Source of the DNA: an uncultured Anaerolineales bacterium
GTDB taxonomy: Bacteria; Chloroflexota; Anaerolineae; Anaerolineales; UBA6663
Direction of reading: 5' to 3'
NCBI GenBank assembly: GCA_964449185.1
Contig: CAYUYN010000005.1
Coordinates: 1 to 32,150 of the forward strand
DNA length: 32,150 nucleotides
Below are positions 1-7,533 of this stretch, one piece after another; positions within the stretch are counted from its first letter, which is position 1, and each line of letters begins with the position of its first letter. The notes beneath the pieces are model-generated. The model saw nothing but the letters and a program-made list of their open reading frames with translations. It was not told the origin of the DNA and did not search any database. A program made the translations under genes and the position numbers.

Positions 1-2807
1 GAAGCCGACCGCGGCCGGGGCGGGGGCTTTAGCAGGGCTTCCAGCTTGTAGGCATTGGTGCGGCGCGATAGCTCGGCTTCGATCCAATGGCCCGCGGCGG
101 CCCGGGCCGGGTGTCCCTCGCAGAAATGGGCGCGCAGATATTCGAGTACGTTGTCGGGGAGGTCAGCGAGGTGGGTGGCGATGACCGGCTGCTCCAGCGC
201 GGTGCGCAGCAGCTCGCCGGCCCGTTCCGTAAGCACCGGGCTCGTCTCCTGCAAGTGAAACACGGCCAGGGGCAACAACTCGGCCGAGGCGTCAGCGGCG
301 GAGGCGGCTTCAGGCGCGGCCAGCAGGGCCAGCACGCGCCGGATATCGATCTGGCTTTGCTGAAAGACCTCGGCCACTTCGCGGTTCCGCAGCGCGCCGG
401 CCGTGTCCAGATAGCCGCGCAAGCGCGACGCGTCGGGGATTTGCAGCGCGTCCAACCGAGCCTGCGTGCGCGCCACCAGCGCCGCATACTGCGTCCAGGG
501 CATGGCCCCGGCCGCGGTGCCATCGTCTTCAACCAGCAAGTGCCAGAGCAGAGCCTCGTCCAGCGCCGGCAGCTCGCTGAGCTGCTGGAAGAGAACATCT
601 TGGCCGCCGGTGCGGTAGGGAAGCCGCAGCGGCCCCGTGGCGGTCTTGGCCCAACCCAGCGCCTGCGTGGCCGTCAGACCGCTCACGGCCGGGGCCTGCA
701 CCGGCGAGGCGGCGATGGCCGCCAGCCAGTCGTTGCTCCCGGGCAGGTGGGTGAGCAATATCTGGATGTCCTCGGTGGCCACGGCCAGGTCGCCCGCCAG
801 CGAGCGAAAACCGGCTGCCAGCCACGCCGAGAAGACCGTGGCAAACAGGGCTTCATTGACCTGCGCGTAGCCAGGCGGGGTGCAGGCCCGCAGCAGCGAT
901 AGCCCTTTCCCCCGGCCCAAGAGAAAGTTCAGCGCCGGCCCGGCCCCCAGCAAGGCGCCCGCGGGCAGCCGCTCGAGCGCCCGCCACAGGTCTGGCAATT
1001 GCTCGGGCAGGGCCACGGCTTCGTTGAACAGCCACCATTCGCCAAAGCCGGCATCGTGCTCGGCGGCGTGCAGGCTGGCCTGCCACACAAACGGCACCAA
1101 GTCACGCGGCAGCGCGTGCAGCAGGCTGCCGGCGTTGGCGGTCTCGGGCTTGCTGGGGTCCGTGACCAGCGCGCGGCCCTCGGCCAGCAGCTCGCGCCAG
1201 GTGGCCGCGTCGCGGGCCAGCGCGCCATACCAGGCGGGCTGCACCGCCCGCTCCAGCAGGGCCGTGTAATTCTTCAGGTCGCCCTGCCCGGCGCAGCGCC
1301 ACAGCCACAGCAGGCCGGGCAGGTCGGCCGCCAGATCCATGATGCGCAGGGCTTCGCCGAACAGCGCCGAGTCCTGCTGAACCGTCGCCTTCATCGCGAT
1401 GGCCAGCTCGGAGCTGCGCCGCTGCAAGAGCAGCAGCTCCAACACGGGCTGGCCTGTGGCCAGGGTCAGGGGCGCCGTGCCGCCGGCCTGGGTCTTTGAC
1501 GCGGGCGGCAGACGCCGCGCCAGCAGGAGATCGTGGAACAGCTCGGCTTGGTCGTCCGGCGCCACAAGGTTCAGCGACGATTCTGGACTATTGGCCAGCG
1601 AAGCGCGCAGCAAGGCCCGCAGGCGTTCATCTTGCCGGGCGGCCCGGGGCACCGCCAGGTGCGCGGGCGCGTACAGCCACAGCAGGCCATGGTCGGCGTC
1701 GAAGGCCACTTGCAGCAGATCGAGGCGCAGCTCGGCGGGCAGGTCGGCCTGCCGCAGCAGGGCCAGCATCTCTTCCTTGGGCACGCGCCGCAGCAGCCCA
1801 AAGCGCCGCTCACCCAACCGCGCCAGCTCGGGGTAGAGCCGCAGCGCGCCGGCGCCGGGCAGGGGCCGCGCCTGCTTCTCGACCTTGTAGAGCTCAACCG
1901 CTTCGGCCGTGCTGACGTTCAGCGCCAGCAGGCTGGGCAGGGCCTCGTCGTACAGGGCTGCATGCTCCAGCGTGCTGATCGGGGTGTGATAGTTGTCGCT
2001 GAAGCGGCCGGCGCTGGGACCGGGCAGGAAGACGCGGTCGGCGGGCAGGGGCGCGGGCGCATCAGCCGGCAGCGGGAATAACCGCAAATGGACGTTTTGC
2101 ACGCTGACGTAGTCGAGCGCAAAGGAAAAGACGCCCAGCCGCGGCAGCACCCAATACTGCACGGCGTCAATCAGTTGCAGCTTTTCGATGAGGTCCTGGC
2201 CGGGCAGGGGGATGCTGATGGGCTGGGGCGTGCTGGTGGCGCCGGCCACACCCGGCTTGGCCGCGGCGCGCTGAGAGGCGCTGATCAGCGCATTGGTCAC
2301 AAAGCGGACGGCGTCGGGGTTGGGTGCCGTTGGGTCCACGCGTTCAAGCTGCGGGTTCCACGGGAGCAGTTGGCCGCCGGTGGTGTAGTCCTTCAGCCAA
2401 ACTTTGCTATCCGGATGGCGCGCGGCCAGCGCAAGGCCGGTGTACAGGCCGGCGCGCGCCGCGAAAGCCTGTTCGATCATCTCGCGGGTGAGAATGACGA
2501 AGCGCACCTGGTTGAAGGGCCGGTCGGTGCGCGGGTCGGCGCTCAGCTCGCCCTCGCGCCGGCGCTGCACGAGGGTGAACAGGTAGCCGCCCTCGAACAT
2601 CAGCAGCGCCGCCGAGACGCTTCCAACCTGAGCGGCGAAGGGTGAGCCTTCGGGGAAGACCAGGCCGCGGTTGAAGAGCTGCGGGCCGTACGGGGCGACC
2701 TCCGGGTCGGAAAAGGCCAGGGTGCTGAAGTCCAGTGCCCCGTTGGGCACAAAGACTTTGCCGTAGTCGACGTAGCGGGTGGAGAGCGGCACGTGCGGCC
2801 GGATCAT
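1..2807 (-). CDS. Large (>935 aa, 3'-truncated by window edge) protein downstream of the GTPase; putative GTPase-associated (GAP1-like) protein with alpha/beta N-terminal region and long helical C-terminal region
   Basis: Not in the ORF track because no stop codon lies in the window. Hand translation from ATG at 2807 (MIRPHVPLSTRYVDYGKVFVPNGALDFSTLAF...DRPFNQVRFVILTREM...) stays open to base 1 with GC-rich third positions. GAAGG lies 9 nt upstream; 71 bp gap after the GTPase stop. Function is inferred from context. Confidence 0.85.
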   Translation of the reverse strand, partial: MIRPHVPLSTRYVDYGKVFVPNGALDFSTLAFSDPEVAPYGPQLFNRGLVFPEGSPFAAQVGSVSAALLMFEGGYLFTLVQRRREGELSADPRTDRPFNQVRFVILTREMIEQAFAARAGLYTGLALAARHPDSKVWLKDYTTGGQLLPWNPQLERVDPTAPNPDAVRFVTNALISASQRAAAKPGVAGATSTPQPISIPLPGQDLIEKLQLIDAVQYWVLPRLGVFSFALDYVSVQNVHLRLFPLPADAPAPLPADRVFLPGPSAGRFSDNYHTPISTLEHAALYDEALPSLLALNVSTAEAVELYKVEKQARPLPGAGALRLYPELARLGERRFGLLRRVPKEEMLALLRQADLPAELRLDLLQVAFDADHGLLWLYAPAHLAVPRAARQDERLRALLRASLANSPESSLNLVAPDDQAELFHDLLLARRLPPASKTQAGGTAPLTLATGQPVLELLLLQRRSSELAIAMKATVQQDSALFGEALRIMDLAADLPGLLWLWRCAGQGDLKNYTALLERAVQPAWYGALARDAATWRELLAEGRALVTDPSKPETANAGSLLHALPRDLVPFVWQASLHAAEHDAGFGEWWLFNEAVALPEQLPDLWRALERLPAGALLGAGPALNFLLGRGKGLSLLRACTPPGYAQVNEALFATVFSAWLAAGFRSLAGDLAVATEDIQILLTHLPGSNDWLAAIAASPVQAPAVSGLTATQALGWAKTATGPLRLPYRTGGQDVLFQQLSELPALDEALLWHLLVEDDGTAAGAMPWTQYAALVARTQARLDALQIPDASRLRGYLDTAGALRNREVAEVFQQSQIDIRRVLALLAAPEAASAADASAELLPLAVFHLQETSPVLTERAGELLRTALEQPVIATHLADLPDNVLEYLRAHFCEGHPARAAAGHWIEAELSRRTNAYKLEALLKPPPRPRSA

Positions 2808-2878
2808 GGGCGGCGACCTTCGGTCATCAATGCAAAGCGGATGTGGGAGGGCGCGGCGGCCAGGGCCAGCAGGCGCCC

Positions 2879-3868
2879 TCAGTACTGCCGGGTCGGGTAG
2901 CCGATGTACCGCTCAAGCCGGTCCTGCTTGAAATACCAGCGCGGTATCCCGCCGCCGCCCTGCGCCAGCCGTCGCCGCTCCAAATGAGTGAACAACCAAA
3001 AGAACGGCGTTTCCACCTCAAACGGCTGCCAGCGGTCAGGCGACAGCAGGCTGCGCGTGCCGGGATCGAAGTTGGGCTGCTCGCGCGCGTCATCCAGGTA
3101 ACCGGCGGCTGAGACACAAAAGGCCTCGATGCGCATCTTGCTGGCGAAGCTCTTGAGCAGTTGAGCCATCTCGGCGCCGAAGTAGACCTCCACCACCTGC
3201 CAGGGGTTGCGGCCCTGCACGCCCAACTGGTCCACCTTGGTCACGCATACCGCCACGTGGCGCTCGGGCCGGGCGGCCGCCGCCAGCAACTGCAGCAGGT
3301 TGCTCATCATCTGGGTGTATTGGGCCTGGGTATATTGGAAGGAGACGCCAAAGCCCGGTGTGGGCGCCGCCGCGGGCGCGGCCGCGCCGCCAAACAGGGC
3401 GGCCAGGCCCTGACGCGCCGCCGCCGGCTCAGCCTGGACCGGTGCGGCTTCGGTCGTGGTCGTGTCGATCAGGCTGGGGTCGAGCACCGCGATGACACAT
3501 TGGGCATCGCGCAGCGGAACCATCACCACGTTGCTGTTGCCCTGCATCAGCAGCTCGCCCGGCGCGTCGCGTACCACGATGCTGTGGCTGTGCACGCTCA
3601 GCCGGTGGGCCGGCGTGTCGAACTCCGGGCGCACCTTGCGCTGGAACAGCCACACCTTGTCGTAGGCGTCGGAGGTGGCCTGGTTTTGCGGCGCCGCGCT
3701 GGGCGTAATCGCAGCCAGCGCTTGCGGCTGGGCCAGCACATATTCAAACTCGGCGTCGTCTTCGTTGAGGCGATGCAGCGAGCGCGCCAGGGACTGCATC
3801 AGCCAGGTCTTGCCCGAGCTGGAAGGGCCCCAAAACGCAATCTCACGCGGCAGGTTGTCGGTTGCCAT
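2879..3868 (-). CDS. TRAFAC-class P-loop GTPase (resembles GTPases of GAP1/double-GTPase systems)
   Basis: G1 GPSSSGKT, G2 candidate Thr (QATSD), G3 DAPGE, G4 TKVD, G5 VSAAG, C-terminal PFEVETPFFWL. GGAG/AAGG SD upstream. Confidence 0.85.
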   Translation of the reverse strand: MATDNLPREIAFWGPSSSGKTWLMQSLARSLHRLNEDDAEFEYVLAQPQALAAITPSAAPQNQATSDAYDKVWLFQRKVRPEFDTPAHRLSVHSHSIVVRDAPGELLMQGNSNVVMVPLRDAQCVIAVLDPSLIDTTTTEAAPVQAEPAAARQGLAALFGGAAAPAAAPTPGFGVSFQYTQAQYTQMMSNLLQLLAAAARPERHVAVCVTKVDQLGVQGRNPWQVVEVYFGAEMAQLLKSFASKMRIEAFCVSAAGYLDDAREQPNFDPGTRSLLSPDRWQPFEVETPFFWLFTHLERRRLAQGGGGIPRWYFKQDRLERYIGYPTRQY

Positions 3869-3884
3869 GCCTTACTCCAGCGCC

Positions 3885-5018
3885 TCAGCGCGGTCCCGTC
3901 ACGACGACGTAGCTAAAGGTGACCCGGGCTTCGCTGACGATTAGCTCAATGCCGCCCGCGGCGTACAGCCCGGCCGAATCTTCCAGCAGCACCTCAAACA
4001 CATCCGAGTCGTTTACCTGCACGGTCAGCCGGTTGTCGGCGGTGAAGCCGAGGCGCAGGTAGTCTTCCTGCTCGTCCGTGCAGGTGTTGGGGCCGGGGTC
4101 CACTGGTCGCGCAAACACCAGCTCGTTGATGGCATACACCCCCACCCGGCAGTTGCGCAGCACGCGCACCTCGTAGTAAGTCAGGCGGCCGGCGCGGAAG
4201 CGGACACCCACGTAGCTGTTGGAGAAGAAGTTCACCCGCGTAAACGAGGTGGCTAACTCGAAGGCCGGCACGTCCTGCAGGCGCTGGCTGGTGGGGTGCA
4301 GCTCATCCAGGCCGTTGGTGTTCAGGATGAGCTGCGCCTCGCCAAACTCGCTCAGCACCGGGGAGAGCGGCTCGCCGGCGCTGTTGGTCCAGCCGTTTTC
4401 ATTGCTGATCAGGGTGTCGTCGGCGATGACCTGGCGGCCATCGGCCATGCCCAGCAGGAAGGACAGATCGTAGATGTTGGGCTGGCAGGTGGGCGGGTTG
4501 GCCTGCACGCCGTCGCTGCGCATCCAGCCCACCGGCCCCTGGGCCGACCGTACCTGCAGCCAGCCGTTGTCTTCCAGCCGGCCGATGATGGTCACCAGGC
4601 TGTCGCGCGGCACGACCAGCGCGTCGCGCACCTGACCGCCCCCCGGCACCGGGTACAGCCGCTGGTCGGCCTCCGTTGTGCTGCCCAGGCACTCAACCAC
4701 GGCCGCTGGCGGGGTGGCGGTGGGTGTGGAAGTGGCAGTGGGGGTGTCGGTGGGGGTGTGCGTGGCCGTGGGCCGGAAGATTTCGGTTTGGGTCGCGCCG
4801 GCAATGGCCGTTTCGGTGGGCTGGTGGGCAATACGGGTGGCCGCGATCTCGGCGGTGGCCGTGGCGATGTCGGCGTTGGCAGCGACCGCTAACTGTGTGA
4901 GCCGGGCGCCGGTGCGGTCTGCATAATAAGGCGCATAGGCCGCGCCCACCAGTGAGCAGAGCAGCGTCAGGCCAATCAGGCTGGCCAGCACCGTCAGCGT
5001 CACGCGTAAATTCCACAT
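3885..5018 (-). CDS. Membrane-anchored/exported protein: N-terminal TM, Thr/Pro linker, bacterial SH3 domain, C-terminal beta-sandwich (ConA/LamG-like) domain
   Basis: Hydrophobic N-terminus; TATHTPTDTPTATSTPTATP linker; SH3b-like VTIIGRLEDNGWLQVRSAQGPVGWM; beta-rich C-terminus (YVGVRFR...YYEVRV...LTVQVND...GGIEL). SD GGAG. Confidence 0.75.
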   Translation of the reverse strand: MWNLRVTLTVLASLIGLTLLCSLVGAAYAPYYADRTGARLTQLAVAANADIATATAEIAATRIAHQPTETAIAGATQTEIFRPTATHTPTDTPTATSTPTATPPAAVVECLGSTTEADQRLYPVPGGGQVRDALVVPRDSLVTIIGRLEDNGWLQVRSAQGPVGWMRSDGVQANPPTCQPNIYDLSFLLGMADGRQVIADDTLISNENGWTNSAGEPLSPVLSEFGEAQLILNTNGLDELHPTSQRLQDVPAFELATSFTRVNFFSNSYVGVRFRAGRLTYYEVRVLRNCRVGVYAINELVFARPVDPGPNTCTDEQEDYLRLGFTADNRLTVQVNDSDVFEVLLEDSAGLYAAGGIELIVSEARVTFSYVVVTGPR

Positions 5019-5048
5019 GCAGGTTCTCCAGGGCTCCGTGGCGGCCGT

Positions 5049-5285
5049 TTAGAGCGCGCTCAGGCGGGTTTCCAGCGCAACCAGCACGCCGGCGCCAATG
5101 AGCACGGCCAACAGACCCTGGATTGCGATGACGACCCCCATCAGCATCAGCGTGCGAGCCTCGTGCGCGTAGCTGTACCCAATGAGGGGATAGCGGCGCG
5201 AGTGGCACAGCGGGCAGGCCAGGCCCAGGTTGGGCTCGCGCGGGCTGCCGCAGTGTTCGCACGACACGTACCGGATTCTCAGCAT
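5049..5285 (-). CDS. 78-aa zinc-ribbon protein with C-terminal transmembrane helix
   Basis: CEHC...CPLC pair, then hydrophobic LMLMGVVIAIQGLLAVLIGAGVLVAL. Strong SD AAGGAG 5 nt before ATG; 30 bp from the next gene. Confidence 0.75.
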   Translation of the reverse strand: MLRIRYVSCEHCGSPREPNLGLACPLCHSRRYPLIGYSYAHEARTLMLMGVVIAIQGLLAVLIGAGVLVALETRLSAL

Positions 5286-5310
5286 TCAGGCTCCTTGAAC
5301 CACGAGCCTG

Positions 5311-5319
5311 ACAATACCA
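5311..5319 (-). promoter_or_regulatory. Possible extended -10 promoter (TG-G-TATTGT) for the Zn-ribbon/SH3/GTPase operon
   Basis: Minus strand reads TGGTATTGT about 25 nt upstream of the ATG at 5285; no clear -35. Confidence 0.3.
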
Positions 5320-5495
5320 GAAGGGCCGAAAAACAGCCAGTGCCGGCCGGACGGCCAAAATACCCTTGCCAAGGCCGGTTTTTGTGCTCTGGCGGGCGCT
5401 TGCCGGAAAAAACGGGGCGTTCTTGGGCGGCCAGCGCTGCCCACCGCCAGCGAACACCCCGATCCCAGGCCAAAGAGAGTTCGCTCTTATGTCGT

Positions 5496-6350
5496 TCAGC
5501 CCTTGGTTGTCTGCCGCGCGTACGGGTTCTCCAGGTCGTTCTCGTCCAGCAGGAACTTGTAGTCTGGGTGCACGCTGGACTTGGACAGGCGATACGGCCC
5601 GGCGATGAAGGTGAAGTGGTAGAGCATGGTACCTGGGCCGCAGGCGGTGGGGTGATAGCCATGGCCCATGTAGGCGGCGTCGTTCTGGCGCAGGCTAAAG
5701 GCCTGGTCCATCTCGCCCTCGTCATCGAATTGCCAGATCAGCCCATAGCCCTGCGGCCTGGAGAACTGGAAGAAGTAGACCTCCTCATAGGGCACTTCGG
5801 TGTCGGGGGTGTCGTACTGGTGGCGGTGCGGCGGCATGGTCGACCAGTTGCCGGACGGGGTGATGGTCTCACCCGAGATGAGCTGGTTGCCGACGGTGTT
5901 GTCTGACCAACACACCATCCGCACGGTGCGCTCCCAGTTGCCCACGCCGCGCAGGCCCGTGCGCGTCTCAGCGGGCGTCACCAGGGCCGGGGGCATATGT
6001 TTGGCGGCCGGGGCGCTGCCCGCGCCGATGAGGGTAGGCCGCACGGCGGTAATGGTCACCCGCTCTTCGCGTGAGACCAGAAGACCGTAAGGCAAGTCGT
6101 TGAAGGGATCGCGCCGCGGGCCCATTTCGCCGGTCAGGCCGCTCGCCAGGCTAAAGCTGACTTGCCCGTGCACCAGCACCAGGGCGTACTCGCGGTCCCC
6201 GGCATCCAGGGTGTAGCTCTCGCCGGGTTGGAGACTGAGCGCGGCCATGCCCAAGGTCTTCAACTGGCTGTCCACGAGCGGGGTCCAGCCGGGCCTGATG
6301 GCCCGGCGAACCCTGCCACAGTCGGTGGCGCGTGCCTTTTCAGTCGCCAT
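5496..6350 (-). CDS. iolB: IolB/KduI-family cupin isomerase (5-deoxy-glucuronate isomerase-like)
   Basis: Motifs GETITPSGNWSTMPPHRH, EEVYFFQF, GYHP. Start moved to MATEK at 6350 (SD GGAGG); the ORF-track extension to 6446 runs through the promoter/operator. Confidence 0.85.
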   Translation of the reverse strand: MATEKARATDCGRVRRAIRPGWTPLVDSQLKTLGMAALSLQPGESYTLDAGDREYALVLVHGQVSFSLASGLTGEMGPRRDPFNDLPYGLLVSREERVTITAVRPTLIGAGSAPAAKHMPPALVTPAETRTGLRGVGNWERTVRMVCWSDNTVGNQLISGETITPSGNWSTMPPHRHQYDTPDTEVPYEEVYFFQFSRPQGYGLIWQFDDEGEMDQAFSLRQNDAAYMGHGYHPTACGPGTMLYHFTFIAGPYRLSKSSVHPDYKFLLDENDLENPYARQTTKG

Positions 6351-6373
6351 TTTTTGTCCTCCGAGATCGCCTA

Positions 6374-6402
6374 TTGACTTTGCCAGATGCTTATAATACA
6401 GT
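6374..6402 (+). promoter_or_regulatory. Sigma70-type promoter for the lacI-glycan operon
   Basis: TTGACT (6374-6379), 17 nt, TACAGT (6397-6402). A TATAAT also lies at 6392-6397. Confidence 0.6.
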
Positions 6403-6422
6403 GAACGCAACCGGTTGCGCAA
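6393..6422 (-). promoter_or_regulatory. Candidate overlapping divergent promoter for iolB
   Basis: Minus strand TTGCGC (6422-6417), 18 nt, TATTAT (6398-6393); the -35 lies inside the operator. Confidence 0.4.
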
Positions 6423-6430
6423 CCGGTTGC
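6407..6430. promoter_or_regulatory. Tandem LacI-family operator, (GCAACCGGTTGC)x2
   Basis: Two abutting perfect 12-bp palindromes with the central CG typical of LacI/GalR operators, just downstream of the -10 and upstream of a LacI gene. Confidence 0.8.
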
Positions 6431-6522
6431 CCAGGGAAATTTTCAAGCCGGCTCGGCATTAGGACGAGACGCCAGGCTGCTCGCCAGCATCCGTCTCCCT
6501 AGTCTTCTCCGCGGAGGCTGTT

Positions 6523-7533
6523 ATGAAGCGGCCGGGAATGGATGACGTGGCCCGCAAAGCCGGCGTTTCCAAAACGACCGTGTCGCACGTCGTCAACCAG
6601 ACGCGTTTTGTAGAAGATGAGACCCGCCAGCGCGTGCTGGACGCCATCTCCGAGCTTGGCTACCGGCCCAACTTCCTCGCCCGCAGCCTCACCACCCAAC
6701 GCACCGGCACGATCGGCATGGTCATCTCCGACTCGTCTAACTATTTCTTCGGCGAGATCATCAACGGGGTCGAAGAGATCCTGCTCCCCAAAAACTACGG
6801 CCTGATCGTCTGCAACACCAACGAAACCCTCGAGCGCGAAGCCCACTACCTGGACTTGCTGCTCTCCCAGCGTGTCGATGGCATCATCGCCGCCGCCACC
6901 AGCCAGCGCTGGGTGGAGCTGACGACGGCTGTTACCCAGCACACGCCCCTGGTCTTTGTGGACCGGTCCTTCAGCAATATGGAAGGCCCCTTCGTGGGCG
7001 TGGACAACCAGCAGGGCGCCTACCTGGGCGTGCGCCACATGCTGGACTGCGGCCACCAGCGCATCGGCATCCTGGCCGGCTACGACCGGCTGTCGACCAT
7101 GCGCGAGCGGCAGGCGGGCTACCTCCAGGCGCTGCAAGAAGCGGGCTGTCCCATCCGCGAGCACTGGATGGTCAGCTCGCCCCTGAGCATTGAAGGCGGC
7201 CGCCAGTCCATGCGCCAGATCCTCAGCCTCCCCGACCGTCCGAGCGCCGTCTTTATCAACAACAACCTCCTGAGCTTGGGCGCGCTGCTGGAGCTGCGCG
7301 AGGACGGCATCCGCTGCCCGGACGAGCTGGCGGTGGTGGGTTTCGACGATCATCCCTGGGCGGCGGTGGCCGACCCGCCCCTGACCGTGGTGCGCCAGCC
7401 GGCCCAGGAGTTGGGCCGCACCGCCGCCCGCCACCTGTTGGCGCTCATCGACCAGCAGCCCCTGGCCCAGCCCAAGGTCCTTTTGCAGTGCGAGCTGGTG
7501 GTGCGCCAGTCGTGCCGGAACCTGTCTGCATGA
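6523..7533 (+). CDS. LacI-family transcriptional regulator
   Basis: HTH MDDVARKAGVSKTTVSHVVN, hinge YRPNFLARSL, C-terminal VVGFDD...PPLTVVRQP. SD GGAGG. Confidence 0.95.
   Translation: MKRPGMDDVARKAGVSKTTVSHVVNQTRFVEDETRQRVLDAISELGYRPNFLARSLTTQRTGTIGMVISDSSNYFFGEIINGVEEILLPKNYGLIVCNTNETLEREAHYLDLLLSQRVDGIIAAATSQRWVELTTAVTQHTPLVFVDRSFSNMEGPFVGVDNQQGAYLGVRHMLDCGHQRIGILAGYDRLSTMRERQAGYLQALQEAGCPIREHWMVSSPLSIEGGRQSMRQILSLPDRPSAVFINNNLLSLGALLELREDGIRCPDELAVVGFDDHPWAAVADPPLTVVRQPAQELGRTAARHLLALIDQQPLAQPKVLLQCELVVRQSCRNLSA

Noticed and set aside
29-2645. Many short ORFs on both strands in the ORF track
   Set aside because: All are alternative or antisense frames of the single long minus-strand ORF starting at 2807.
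4700-4870. GGTGG/GGTGT-rich quasi-repeats
   Set aside because: Explained by the Thr/Pro/Ala linker codons of the SH3 protein.
5473-5488. Small AAGAG/CTCTT hairpin after the iolB stop as a terminator
   Set aside because: Only a weak 5-bp stem with no convincing U-tract.
5496-6350. Interpreting the locus as myo-inositol catabolism because of iolB
   Set aside because: No iolG, iolE, iolD, iolC or iolA in the window; the neighbours are glycosidases and aldonate-pathway enzymes.
6351-6446. N-terminal extension of IolB containing LGNRLRNRLRS
   Set aside because: The peptide repeat is just the translated tandem operator; a strong SD supports the start at 6350.
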